Sequence record: MW406976.1
Reading direction: 5' to 3' (one strand)
Source: Pseudomonas phage HX1
DNA length: 43,113 nucleotides
The translations under genes and the position numbers were made by a program. The notes under the pieces were generated by a model that saw only the letters and a list, made by a program, of their open reading frames with translations, was not told the DNA's origin and searched no databases. Each line of letters begins with the position of its first letter. The first letter of the stretch is position 1. Below are positions 35,301 through 43,113 of this stretch, in pieces.

Positions 35301-36362
35301 GGCGTGTATCAGCTCGCCGAGCTGGCCACGATGGCGCACCGTCAAGGCGTCTTCAACGTCATGAAGGCCATGCTGAACTCCCGCCTGGGAGACTTCGTGG
35401 GCGCCATGCGTCGCGACCCGGACCTCGCTGACGAGATGCAGACCGTCCTCGGCCTGAACCTCGCCAACGATATCCGGATGAAGCCCTGGAAGCGGCAGTT
35501 CGACACCTTCCTGGCCAGCCAAGATACCTTCATGGATCGCTTCCTGCACGCAGGTAAGCAGGCTGTCCCAGTGCTCAACGGCATGAAGTTCATCCACAAC
35601 TGGCAATCCCGTATGAACGCCAACCTCACCTTGAACAAGGTGGCGCGGGCGGCTCAGGGGGACGAAGCAGCCCTTCGCGTGCTCCAGCAGTACGGGAAGG
35701 ATGTGGACTGGACGCCAGTCCTGGCGCGGGTTCGCGGTTATGTCACATACAGAGGAAGGAACGCCCAATCCATGAATTGGGGCGCCTGGAGCCAAGCAGA
35801 CGTGAACACCGTCATGAATACCGCACTGCGGATCATGGACGACTCACTGCTGTATGGTCGAGTCGGTCAGAACTCGGGCTTCGCCCGGTCGCCGGTCGGC
35901 CAAATCCTGGGCCAATTCCGCAGCTTCGTGGCCTTCGCGCACAACAAGCTCCTCCGGGGAACCTACGAGAACTCCGGCGTGCTTGGCGTGGCCTCGCTCC
36001 TCGCATTCCAGTATCCGCTCACAGCGCTGATGATGGGTGCCAAGGCAGCGATCAATGGCAAGTTCGACACCTCTGACGAAGGCATCCGCAAGATGGCCAT
36101 CGACGGCATCGGCTACACTGCCGGCCTGGGCTTCACCGCCGATATGTGGGGTGTGGTCACTGGCCACTCCCGAATGTCTGCTCCGGTCTTCGGACTGGCT
36201 GAACACTCCAACGAAGTGTTCCGAGGCGTTCGAGACCTCGTAACCGGCGACGACCCGGCAGCGGCCACTGGCGATATCGTCAACGGCGCGGCGGGCGCAC
36301 TGCCTTTCGTCAACGTGTTCCCGGCAACCAAGTTGCTGTTGGAATCCATCAAAGGGGAATAA
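32349..36362 (+). CDS. Internal virion / ejection protein C (T7 gp16-like), 1337 aa
   Basis: Size and order. Confidence 0.8.
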   Translation: MAKQFKGRMTPKYPLDQAQLDEAQVQGQLDTVPTVGFDALTGGEIGERNVAAGQRANARELERIVADQELPALDRASALWNQSTLVGRWGDALQLDADLAASSTGEVDPNFDAGTYGVQALQAAGIQPTDNYLQIMARAGNAEDAAYLLSRIQRYEQDEQIVRDNPYWNFAAGMLDPAALAVDAVTFGAGRALRLGRAGMAAAGGAGQVGYVAGLDAAGADVDAGTYIVAGALGAGVGALLGSGAGRIAAEAPTQPHVPEVSAPTVGLPEVAMTAEEAAARGFKAGDVVDLLDEGTVLSRVSAKVEQAEIPAIPRRDTAFGDELHSLSGRKLSEVLDHLKTHAEVPKPLQGIAAKVADTIRTLEGLGQRTAFRVVQGGDTASSAFLKPGTAGIHSTQGLDTLVQVRGSTAPGRVGTNPVTVLHEAVHAATVGVMNAALRNPGAMSPKVAQAMQTLENVRGNVLNALKQDRAAGRQLSEFEETLLAGNSNTLANVKELVAWGLTDTRFQRTLNRLRYSDGGPGLWSRFVEGIRTLLGLRSDADTALSRVLAASETIMEAMPGYTKAQAKWANKGAPVTEEASLETIVRTTRERAREGAGFVNRFFSEADLLAQPGEGARRLLSRLIDDPVRRDGFSTNDNAASYLRRYRNEFEGYVKSYDEMMAKAMAEQGVGLTARALNSRRAMAVRDQLNEQVTRELLRRDREWTAYGSVRVDPNLPPTIKALADRSDEIHGLMGQRAREAGVRGFEDFAPRPGYFHRSWNWSKMAQMDEAAPGLARRAISEAVFRGIPGLERADADTIAQAIVQRARDRATGIRSEFMGAMGVADTAFIRQALEEANVSQAKFDSIMAKIEQKQSDQGTVKYGKGRLSLDMTAEINHNGTVYRVQDLIDRDLDRLMENYAGSMSGRSALARAGMPGDSEIEAFIREYQREAAHLGTDKVQELTGQLRGVFGDFTGNVPREHQLGPVAQRASGLTSATMLGFSGVYQLAELATMAHRQGVFNVMKAMLNSRLGDFVGAMRRDPDLADEMQTVLGLNLANDIRMKPWKRQFDTFLASQDTFMDRFLHAGKQAVPVLNGMKFIHNWQSRMNANLTLNKVARAAQGDEAALRVLQQYGKDVDWTPVLARVRGYVTYRGRNAQSMNWGAWSQADVNTVMNTALRIMDDSLLYGRVGQNSGFARSPVGQILGQFRSFVAFAHNKLLRGTYENSGVLGVASLLAFQYPLTALMMGAKAAINGKFDTSDEGIRKMAIDGIGYTAGLGFTADMWGVVTGHSRMSAPVFGLAEHSNEVFRGVRDLVTGDDPAAATGDIVNGAAGALPFVNVFPATKLLLESIKGE
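35735..35759 (+). promoter_or_regulatory. Phage-promoter-like motif GGTTATGTCACATACAGAGGAAGGA inside the 3' end of the 1337-aa gene, ~600 bp upstream of the tail-fibre genes
   Basis: 21 of 24 identical to the copy at 21456-21479. Confidence 0.45.
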
Positions 36363-36363
36363 C

Positions 36364-37119
36364 GTGGCTCGGTTCAAGAATCCCGAGACCATCCACGTTG
36401 CGGATGGGGTCGAGGCTGTCTTCAGTCTCGACTTCCCGTTCCTGCGGCGTGAGGACGTGTTCGTCCAGGTCGATAAGATACTCGTCACCGACTATACGTG
36501 GGTAGACGACACCAACATTCAATTGGCCGTGGTGCCGAAGAAGGATCAAGAGGTCCGCATCTTCCGCGACACACCCGCCCAGGTCCCGGACACTCAGTTC
36601 AGCCAGGGCATCCCGTTCCTGCCTCGGTACATCGACGCGAACAACAAGCAGTTGCTGTACGCTGTGCAGGAGGGCATCAACACCGCAAACCTCGCCCTAG
36701 ACGGAGTTCTCGACGCGATCCGTATCGCCGAGGAAGCCCGTCGCCTCGCACAGGAAGCACTCGACGCCGCTAACGAAGCGCTGCGCCGCGCCCTGGGCTT
36801 CGCCGAGATTCGCACCGTTACGGAAGACTCGGACATCGACCCGAGCTGGCGTGGTTACTGGAACCGCTGCATCACCGCTGATAAGCCGCTGACCCTGACC
36901 ATGCAGATGGAAGACCCGGATGCACCCTGGATCGAGTTCAGCGAGGTTCACTTCGAACAGGCGGGTGTGCGCGACCTCAACATCGTGGCCGGCCCCGGCG
37001 TGACCATCAACCGGTTGCAGAACACCACCATGCAGCTCTACGGCGAGAATGGAGTGTGTACCCTCAAGCGTCTCGGGCCTAACCACTGGATCGTGTTCGG
37101 AGCCATGGAGGACGAATAA
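36364..37119 (+). CDS. Tail fibre protein with T7 gp17-like N-terminal adaptor, 251 aa
   Basis: GTG start with GGGGA RBS; position. Confidence 0.7.
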   Translation: MARFKNPETIHVADGVEAVFSLDFPFLRREDVFVQVDKILVTDYTWVDDTNIQLAVVPKKDQEVRIFRDTPAQVPDTQFSQGIPFLPRYIDANNKQLLYAVQEGINTANLALDGVLDAIRIAEEARRLAQEALDAANEALRRALGFAEIRTVTEDSDIDPSWRGYWNRCITADKPLTLTMQMEDPDAPWIEFSEVHFEQAGVRDLNIVAGPGVTINRLQNTTMQLYGENGVCTLKRLGPNHWIVFGAMEDE

Positions 37120-37577
37120 TGCGCGGCATTATCGCGGGCATCATGGCCTCTCAAATCCGACGGCCCAAGCCCATCCTGGCCACCTATCCGTACCCCATCC
37201 TAGCCACGGACGACACATGGTCCTGCCAGGCTAACATAGTGGCGGCTCTGACACGGGACACCCTGCACGAGGTTGTGAACCAACCTGGTGAGGACACCTA
37301 CCAGGCGTCTGCCGGCGTGGTCGAAGTGCTGCTGAGGTCGCTGACTCAGCTTGGGTATGGCGGCGGCGATGGGTTCTTGACTGGACCTGCCATCCACGCA
37401 GCACTGCTGCGCGACACGGTTAAGGGCTACAACGCGGAACCATACGCGTTCCTGTCACAGACCGCAGTGGTAGGTGCTGAGCTGAAGGTCGTCGTTGTAT
37501 ATTCCGAATACATCGTCGAGCCTTATGCCTTCGCCACCACTACAGCAATTAAACAGGCGGAACTGACCAATGTTTAA
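37119..37577 (+). CDS. Tail fibre / fibre-associated protein, 152 aa
   Basis: TAATG coupling. Confidence 0.6.
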   Translation: MRGIIAGIMASQIRRPKPILATYPYPILATDDTWSCQANIVAALTRDTLHEVVNQPGEDTYQASAGVVEVLLRSLTQLGYGGGDGFLTGPAIHAALLRDTVKGYNAEPYAFLSQTAVVGAELKVVVVYSEYIVEPYAFATTTAIKQAELTNV

Positions 37578-38478
37578 GACACGCGTTAAGGGTCGCTACA
37601 CCGTGACCCATCTGAAAGCCACGGGCGAGGTCCTGGCGCAGTACACCTTCGACAACCTCATCACTAACGCAGGTCTCGATTGGATTTGCGCCATGGACAC
37701 CTCAGACCTGTTCTCCCAGGCACTGGCCGTGAGCACCAGCACAGCGGACCCTAACCCCGCCGCGCCCTCCCTGCCGGAAGAAGTTCGGCGCACCACCTCG
37801 TATGCCCCTAACGGCGACGTGACCTCGGGCCTGGACGGGGAGTGGATTTACTGGCACAAGCGGTGGCGCTTCCCAATAGGCACCCTGGCCGGTCAGGTAC
37901 TGGCCACCGTGGGCATCGTAGCTCAATCCGAGGTGGGGTTTGAGAGTAACACCGGCGCGAAGATTCCGGCAGGTACTCCACTATCCTACACCCGGATCAA
38001 AGACGCCGGCGGCCAACCAACCACCCTGGTAGTTCAGGCTGACGAGATTCTCGACGTACAGTATGAGCTGCGCAGCAAGGCTGTGGCGATGGCCGAGGCC
38101 AAGTTCGTGATCTCCGGGGTTGAGCGTACCATCCGCCTCACCCCGCTGCCCTTCGCTAACCGGCGTAACCTCTACGGTGAGCGCTACATCTTCTACAACG
38201 AGAGGCCACGGATCGACGGCAAGAATGCGTCCGGTGCTGATGTCCAAGACGGTCAGTGGGTGAAGCTGTACCCGCGATATACTCGCGGCACCTACAAGGG
38301 TCAGCTTATGCTACGGGCCACCGTAGATAACGGCAACATGCCAGGGGGTATCACCGGCTGTAAGGACCTAAAGATTTACAATGGGCGGAACTACGCACTC
38401 ACCATCGACCCTCCAGTAGTCAAGAACAACACTCAGGAGTTCTCCATTACAATGGAGTTCTCGGTGGCGAGGGCATAA
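37570..38478 (+). CDS. Tail fibre protein, 302 aa
   Basis: Overlapping start; position. Confidence 0.65.
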   Translation: MFKTRVKGRYTVTHLKATGEVLAQYTFDNLITNAGLDWICAMDTSDLFSQALAVSTSTADPNPAAPSLPEEVRRTTSYAPNGDVTSGLDGEWIYWHKRWRFPIGTLAGQVLATVGIVAQSEVGFESNTGAKIPAGTPLSYTRIKDAGGQPTTLVVQADEILDVQYELRSKAVAMAEAKFVISGVERTIRLTPLPFANRRNLYGERYIFYNERPRIDGKNASGADVQDGQWVKLYPRYTRGTYKGQLMLRATVDNGNMPGGITGCKDLKIYNGRNYALTIDPPVVKNNTQEFSITMEFSVARA

Positions 38479-38481
38479 CCC

Positions 38482-39087
38482 ATGGCGCTGATCTATGACT
38501 TCAACGAAGACCTCGATCCCAAGGCCAAGTCGAAGTTTGTAGGTGCCAGGGCACGTCGTGACATCAGCGACGTGCTCGACTTCTGCGACGGAGGGGTCGC
38601 CATCCAGGACCCCTCCGAGGGGCTATTCGTCCGGGTATGGCGCACCATGCTGCGGAACGACGGCACCTACCTCGGCTGGGAGGACGGCACCAACGAAGTG
38701 CGCATTGGCGATGGCATCGACGCGGGTATCTCGACGATATCCTTGGACTTCGACAGTAATATGAACTACGTCTTTGTGTTCGTCCGCGCAGACAAGACCG
38801 GCGCCCTATCGTACTTCAACGTGCAGCAGGGCCGTCGTATCGTAGTTGAGCTGGGCCAAGTGGACTATGCCAAGGTAGCCCTCGACGACAAGCGCCCCGG
38901 CGCAACTGCGTGGGCACAGGTCATCGTACCCTACACCCGAGGCGGTAACATGTACGTTCGCACGCAGAACGAGAACTACACCCAGGAGCACCTGGAGGTG
39001 GACACCGGCAAGGTGTTCCGGCCTCTGGTCAAGTGCGGCATGGGAACCAACCTACGCTTCCAAGTCCAATTCAGAGGGCACATGTAA
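38482..39087 (+). CDS. Tail fibre / host-range protein, 201 aa
   Basis: Position. Confidence 0.6.
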   Translation: MALIYDFNEDLDPKAKSKFVGARARRDISDVLDFCDGGVAIQDPSEGLFVRVWRTMLRNDGTYLGWEDGTNEVRIGDGIDAGISTISLDFDSNMNYVFVFVRADKTGALSYFNVQQGRRIVVELGQVDYAKVALDDKRPGATAWAQVIVPYTRGGNMYVRTQNENYTQEHLEVDTGKVFRPLVKCGMGTNLRFQVQFRGHM

Positions 39088-39392
39088 TGAGCAAAAAGCA
39101 GACCGCGAGTGCTGAGCGGCTGGGCCTGCTTCACGAGCTGGTCTGCACCGCCATTGAGCGTAACTTCAAGTGGTACATGGACAACGACATCCCGATCCCC
39201 GCATCGGATATCGCTGCCGCCACCAAGTTCCTCAAGGACAACGAGATCACCTGCGATCCGTCAGACACCATCAACATCGACCGCCTCCGCGAGGAGATGC
39301 GGCAGGCGCAGGCGGAGAATCGCCGGATCGCGCTGGAAGGCTTCATCGCCGGCGAGACCGACGACGAGATGGAACGCCTGTACACCCACTAA
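39087..39392 (+). CDS. Terminase small subunit, 101 aa
   Basis: TAATG overlap; immediately upstream of large terminase; internal ATG of track ORF 39033..39392. Confidence 0.7.
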   Translation: MSKKQTASAERLGLLHELVCTAIERNFKWYMDNDIPIPASDIAAATKFLKDNEITCDPSDTINIDRLREEMRQAQAENRRIALEGFIAGETDDEMERLYTH

Positions 39393-39401
39393 GGAGGCAG
39401 C

Positions 39402-41207
39402 ATGACGCCGCAAGAACGATTCCAGATAGCCCACGAGGTGAGGGACATGTACCCGCGCTTCCGGGACTTCTGCCTGGACGCCATGCTGTTCCTCGGCTTC
39501 AAGATGACGTGGATGCAGCTCGACATCGCCGACTTCATGCAGGACTCACCCAATAAGGCGATGGTCGCTGCACAGCGTGGCGAAGCCAAGTCCACTATCG
39601 CCTGTATCTACGTGGTATGGTGCATCACACAGAACCCGGCTACCCGCGCCATGCTGGTATCCGGTTCCGGTGACAAGGCCGAGGAGAACGGCCAGTTGAT
39701 CACGAAGCTGATCATGCACTGGGACTTGCTGGCGTATCTGCGCCCCGAGGCCCGTATGGGTGACCGCACCTCGGCCACCAGCTTCGACGTGAACTGGGCA
39801 TTGAAGGGCGTCGAGAAATCGGCCTCCATCAACTGCATCGGGATCACCGCCGCCCTCCAGGGCTACCGGGCTGATATCCTGATTCCTGACGACATCGAGA
39901 CCACGAAGAACGGCCTCACCGCCACCGAGCGGGCCAAGCTGACGCGGCAGTCGCAGGAGTTCACCTCTATCTGTACCCACGGTAAGATTCTCTACCTGGG
40001 CACGCCGCAGAGTCGTGAATCGATCTACAACGGCCTACCCGCACGGGGATTCCTGATGCGCATCTGGCCGGGCCGGTTCCCGACCCTGGACGAGCAGGAG
40101 CGCTACGGCGACTGGCTCGCACCCTCTATCCTGGCGCGCATTGCCCGCCTGGAGGAAAAAGGCCACAACCCGCGCACCGGTAAGGGCCTGGATGGGACCC
40201 GTGGCTGGGCTGCCGATCCGCAGCGCTACAACGAAGAGGACCTGCTCGACAAGGAGCTTGACCAAGGCCCCGAAGGCTTCCAGCTTCAGTACATGCTGGA
40301 CACCAGCCTCGCCGACGAGCAGCGTATGCAGCTCAAGCTGCGCGACCTGCTGTTCATCGACGCCACGCACGAGAGCGTGCCTGAGCAGGTGGCCTGGGCT
40401 GCCGACGAGCGCTTCAAGCTCAAGTTCGATGCCCACCGGTTCCCCATCATCAAGCCCGAGCTGTACCTGCCGGCGCTGATGGCTGGCGGCTGGGCACCCC
40501 TCCAGCAAATGACGATGTTCGTCGATCCTGCCGGCGACGGCGGTGACGAGCTGTCGTATGCTGTGGGCGGGACTCTTGGCCCGTACATCCACGTCGTGAG
40601 CATCGGCGGCTGGAAGGGTGGCTTTGCCGAGGAGAACCTGGAGAAATGTATTGCCCTGGCTGCGCGTTATGGCGTCAAGGTGATCTATGTCGAGAAAAAC
40701 CTCGGCGCTGGTGCAGTTGGTCAGCTCTTCCGCAACCACATGCGATCCATCGACCCGGACACCAACAAGCCCCGCTATGAGGGGATCGGCGTAGAAGACC
40801 GCCAGAAGTCCGGACAGAAAGAGCGTCGTATCATCGACACCCTGCGGCCCATCATGCAGCGGCACCGTCTGATCTTCCACGTATCGGCGATGGATTCCGA
40901 CCACGTGGCCTGTCAGCAGTACCCAGCGGACAAGCGCAATGAGCGCTCCGTGTTCCACCAGATTCACAACATCACCACCGACCGAGGCTCACTGCCGAAG
41001 GACGACCGGATCGATGCCCTTGAGGGCCTTGTCCGCGAGCTAGCACCCACGCTCGTAAAGGACGACGAAGCCGCAACCCGCGCTCGTGAAGAGGCTGCCA
41101 AGAAGGAATGGCTGAACAACCCGATGGGTTACACTAAGTCTGTCCTTCGGTCTCTCGGCATGGGCCGGGAGCGTCGCAAGGGCCGCCCAAAAGGACGAAG
41201 ACTATGA
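39402..41207 (+). CDS. Terminase large subunit, 601 aa
   Basis: AAGGAGG RBS; size and position. Confidence 0.85.
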   Translation: MTPQERFQIAHEVRDMYPRFRDFCLDAMLFLGFKMTWMQLDIADFMQDSPNKAMVAAQRGEAKSTIACIYVVWCITQNPATRAMLVSGSGDKAEENGQLITKLIMHWDLLAYLRPEARMGDRTSATSFDVNWALKGVEKSASINCIGITAALQGYRADILIPDDIETTKNGLTATERAKLTRQSQEFTSICTHGKILYLGTPQSRESIYNGLPARGFLMRIWPGRFPTLDEQERYGDWLAPSILARIARLEEKGHNPRTGKGLDGTRGWAADPQRYNEEDLLDKELDQGPEGFQLQYMLDTSLADEQRMQLKLRDLLFIDATHESVPEQVAWAADERFKLKFDAHRFPIIKPELYLPALMAGGWAPLQQMTMFVDPAGDGGDELSYAVGGTLGPYIHVVSIGGWKGGFAEENLEKCIALAARYGVKVIYVEKNLGAGAVGQLFRNHMRSIDPDTNKPRYEGIGVEDRQKSGQKERRIIDTLRPIMQRHRLIFHVSAMDSDHVACQQYPADKRNERSVFHQIHNITTDRGSLPKDDRIDALEGLVRELAPTLVKDDEAATRAREEAAKKEWLNNPMGYTKSVLRSLGMGRERRKGRPKGRRL

Positions 41208-41404
41208 TGCTCGATACCGCCACCGAGGCGGGCAAAGGCACCCTCGCCGTCACCGGCGTGGGGATCGCCGTTTACTCGCCCTATGAGATCGCCAGCCTCT
41301 GTGCTGCGGTACTCACCGCGCTCTACGTGGGCGCCCAGCTCATCACCCTGCTCCCGAAGATGCTCGATAGCATCGCGGAGCTTCGCCGGAGGTTCAAGAA
41401 GTGA
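41204..41404 (+). CDS. Holin, pinholin-type, 66 aa, two TM helices
   Basis: ATGATG overlap with terminase; hydrophobic helices; directly upstream of the SAR endolysin. Confidence 0.75.
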   Translation: MMLDTATEAGKGTLAVTGVGIAVYSPYEIASLCAAVLTALYVGAQLITLLPKMLDSIAELRRRFKK

Positions 41405-41883
41405 ACAAGCCCCTGCGCGGCGCAGCCCTTGCGGCTGCCCTCGCCGGCCTTGTCGCCCTGGAAGGTAGCGAGACCACTGCCTACCGAGACATCGCCGGCG
41501 TACCCACCATCTGCTCTGGCACCACTGCCGGGGTCAAGATGGGCGACAAAGCCACACCGGAGCAGTGCTACCAGATGACGCTCAAGGACTATCAGCGCTT
41601 CGAGCGCATTGTCCTGGACGCCATCAAGGTGCCGCTGAACGTCAACGAGCAAACCGCCCTGACGTTCTTCTGCTACAACGTGGGTCCAGTCTGTACAACC
41701 AGCACAGCGTTCAAGCGCTTCAACCAAGGCCGCGCCACTGAGGGCTGCCAAGCCCTGGCCATGTGGAACAAGGTCACGATCAACGGCCAGAAGGTCGTAT
41801 CCAAGGGCCTCGTGAATCGCCGCAACGCGGAGATCAAACAATGCCTCGAACCATCGTCGCAATACTCGTCCTTGCTGTGGTAG
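41401..41883 (+). CDS. SAR (signal-arrest-release) endolysin, T4-lysozyme-like, 160 aa
   Basis: N-terminal weakly hydrophobic SAR segment AALAAALAGLVAL then E-x8-D-x5-T catalytic triad (EGSETTAYRDIAGVPT). Confidence 0.8.
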   Translation: MNKPLRGAALAAALAGLVALEGSETTAYRDIAGVPTICSGTTAGVKMGDKATPEQCYQMTLKDYQRFERIVLDAIKVPLNVNEQTALTFFCYNVGPVCTTSTAFKRFNQGRATEGCQALAMWNKVTINGQKVVSKGLVNRRNAEIKQCLEPSSQYSSLLW

Positions 41884-42170
41884 CCCTGGGAGCCTCGTAC
41901 GGCTTCGTCCAGAGCTACCGGGCCTTGGGTATCGCCCAGGAGGAGATCAAGCGGCAGACGGCCCGTGCGGAGGCCCTGGAGGTGCGATACGCCACCTTGC
42001 AGCGCCACGTCAAGGAGGTCGCTGCCAAGACCAACACCCAGCGCCAGGAGGTGGACCGTGCCCTGGACCAGAACCGCCCGTGGGCTGACCGGCCTGTGCC
42101 TGCTGCTGTCGTTGACAGCCTGTGCAACCGCCCCGGCGCCCGCTGTGCTGTGCGAACACCCACTAATTGA
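41841..42170 (+). CDS. Rz-like i-spanin, 109 aa
   Basis: N-terminal TM IVAILVLAVVALGASY then coiled-coil; starts inside the endolysin 3' end. Confidence 0.7.
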   Translation: MPRTIVAILVLAVVALGASYGFVQSYRALGIAQEEIKRQTARAEALEVRYATLQRHVKEVAAKTNTQRQEVDRALDQNRPWADRPVPAAVVDSLCNRPGARCAVRTPTN

Positions 42171-42258
42171 CCCTACCACCCAGGCTGGCCTAATCCGCGC
42201 TGTAGCGGCCTATCAGGACGCCCTGGACCTATGCAACGCCTTGAATCAAGGAGATTGA
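42058..42258 (+). CDS. Rz1-like o-spanin lipoprotein embedded in the +1 frame of Rz (start uncertain; GTG 42058 proposed)
   Basis: Lipobox LSLTAC followed by a Pro-rich stretch; extends 88 nt past the Rz stop. Confidence 0.6.
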   Translation: MPWTRTARGLTGLCLLLSLTACATAPAPAVLCEHPLIDPTTQAGLIRAVAAYQDALDLCNALNQGD

Positions 42259-42259
42259 C

Positions 42260-42574
42260 ATGGCGAACACCCGTGAGCAATACCTCGCTGGCCGTAACAC
42301 CGGCCTGACCTTCTACCAGGTCTGCCAGCCCGGCACCGACAACCGCATCGCCCTGCACGACATGGACGAGGCCGATGTCAAGGCCAAGGCCACCGCTGTG
42401 ATCGCAGCAGCCACCGCCCTGGGCGGCGAGGGTGGCGCTACTCCACCGGACCCGCTCACCGCCTACAAGGTGAAGAACGGTGACACCCTGCCCGTGGACG
42501 GCGGTGGTTCCGTGAAGGTGACCGTAGCCAACGGTGCTATCACCAAGGTCGTATACACCGCACCGGCGGGCTGA
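42260..42574 (+). CDS. Hypothetical protein, 104 aa
   Basis: AAGGAG RBS; codon bias. Confidence 0.65.
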   Translation: MANTREQYLAGRNTGLTFYQVCQPGTDNRIALHDMDEADVKAKATAVIAAATALGGEGGATPPDPLTAYKVKNGDTLPVDGGGSVKVTVANGAITKVVYTAPAG

Positions 42575-42623
42575 GCTACAGCCCGTCCAACCTGACTCCA
42601 TCCATAACACAAGGAACTGAACC

Positions 42624-42818
42624 ATGGCAACCTTCGCCGCTGCAACTCAGAAAGACCTCCGCGCCTTCGCCGGCACCATCGAGAACCTGATCCGTCCGCT
42701 GGAAGAAGCGGCCCTGGGTTCTGGCTACAACGAGACCAAGCTGCGCGCTGAACTGGTCGCGCATCTCGACGAGCTGATGGCTGCTGTCGAGACTGCCAAG
42801 GCCCTGGTCTACAAGTGA
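42624..42818 (+). CDS. Hypothetical protein, 64 aa
   Basis: AAGGAA RBS; codon bias. Confidence 0.6.
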   Translation: MATFAAATQKDLRAFAGTIENLIRPLEEAALGSGYNETKLRAELVAHLDELMAAVETAKALVYK

Positions 42819-42834
42819 TCGAGTAGCTCAAGCC

Positions 42835-42858
42835 GAGCACCTGCACAGTCGGGTGCTC
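42835..42858 (+). terminator. Hairpin GAGCACC, loop, GGTGCTC after the last gene, followed ~15 nt later by the AT-rich patch GGAATTTTTATTTGTGTGTGG
   Basis: 7-bp stem; T-rich sequence downstream. Confidence 0.35.
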
Positions 42859-43113
42859 CACTGGAACTACTGGAATTTTTATTTGTGTGTGGCTGGATTG
42901 GCTGGGCCTGGGCTGGGAGTAGTTACTCCGGGTCCAATTTTGATATCGTCGTGTGAGAACCCTCCCGACTCTGATCAGCCCACCCTTCCCCCGTAGGCCC
43001 TCCGCCTGGTGGGCCATCCCTCGCGTTGCCTGGGTGTTGCTGCCTAGCCTCCTGGGAGCTTCCGGCTTCGCCGGGTGGCGTGGGCTTCCCTGCCCTCGCT
43101 GCCCATTCTACGC

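Noticed and set aside
42917-42935. Degenerate nick-motif lookalike AGTTACTCCGGG near the right end
   Set aside because: Lacks the CGAC-N5 half and has two mismatches in the core; treated as chance.
16-43017. All minus-strand ORFs in the track (e.g. 4490..5479, 5355..6377, 12881..14254, 17076..18158, 18255..19556, 31542..33872)
   Set aside because: They run antisense to strongly supported + strand genes and have amino-acid compositions (Arg/Ala/Gly/Pro-rich) typical of high-GC frame artefacts. The T7-like architecture has every gene on one strand.
1-43113. tRNA genes, CRISPR arrays, integrase, transposase and IS elements
   Set aside because: No cloverleaf-like candidates, no regularly spaced repeats with unique spacers, and no recombinase-like ORFs; consistent with a strictly lytic T7-like phage.

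Overview
The window reads as a near-complete genome of a high-GC (~62%) T7-like podophage with phiKMV-like gene order, the kind that infects Pseudomonas. I infer this from gene order, protein motifs and four copies of the phiKMV-group nick consensus; no database search was possible. All genes I consider credible are on the + strand. The order is: an A-depleted repeat-rich end region; five tandem consensus sigma-70 promoters; a long leader; about 17 small early genes; a replication module (primase, DnaB-like helicase, Pol-beta nucleotidyltransferase, ATP-dependent ligase, family-A DNA polymerase, T7 gp6-like 5'-3' exonuclease, endonuclease VII, DEDD exonuclease); a single-subunit RNA polymerase placed last; then the structural module (portal, scaffold, capsid, tail tube A/B, three internal virion proteins including an 898-aa lysozyme-domain protein and a 1337-aa protein, tail fibres, small and large terminase) and a pinholin / SAR-endolysin / Rz / embedded-Rz1 lysis cassette. 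Minus-strand ORFs in the track look like high-GC artefacts. Non-coding signals worth attention: (i) a 22-bp T7-promoter-like motif in four copies, two of them bracketing a purine-rich low-GC segment right after the RNAP gene (candidate primary origin), one inside the 1337-aa gene upstream of the fibre genes, and one inverted at the left end; (ii) four copies of CGACNNNNNCCTACTCCGG, each 36-60 bp upstream of a gene start, two sharing a ~50-bp conserved leader; (iii) an A-depleted end region spanning the window junction; (iv) two GNAT acetyltransferases, one preceded by an overlapping RHH-like small gene; (v) a truncated CCA-adding-type nucleotidyltransferase; (vi) paralogous early genes and small membrane peptides missed by the ORF track.
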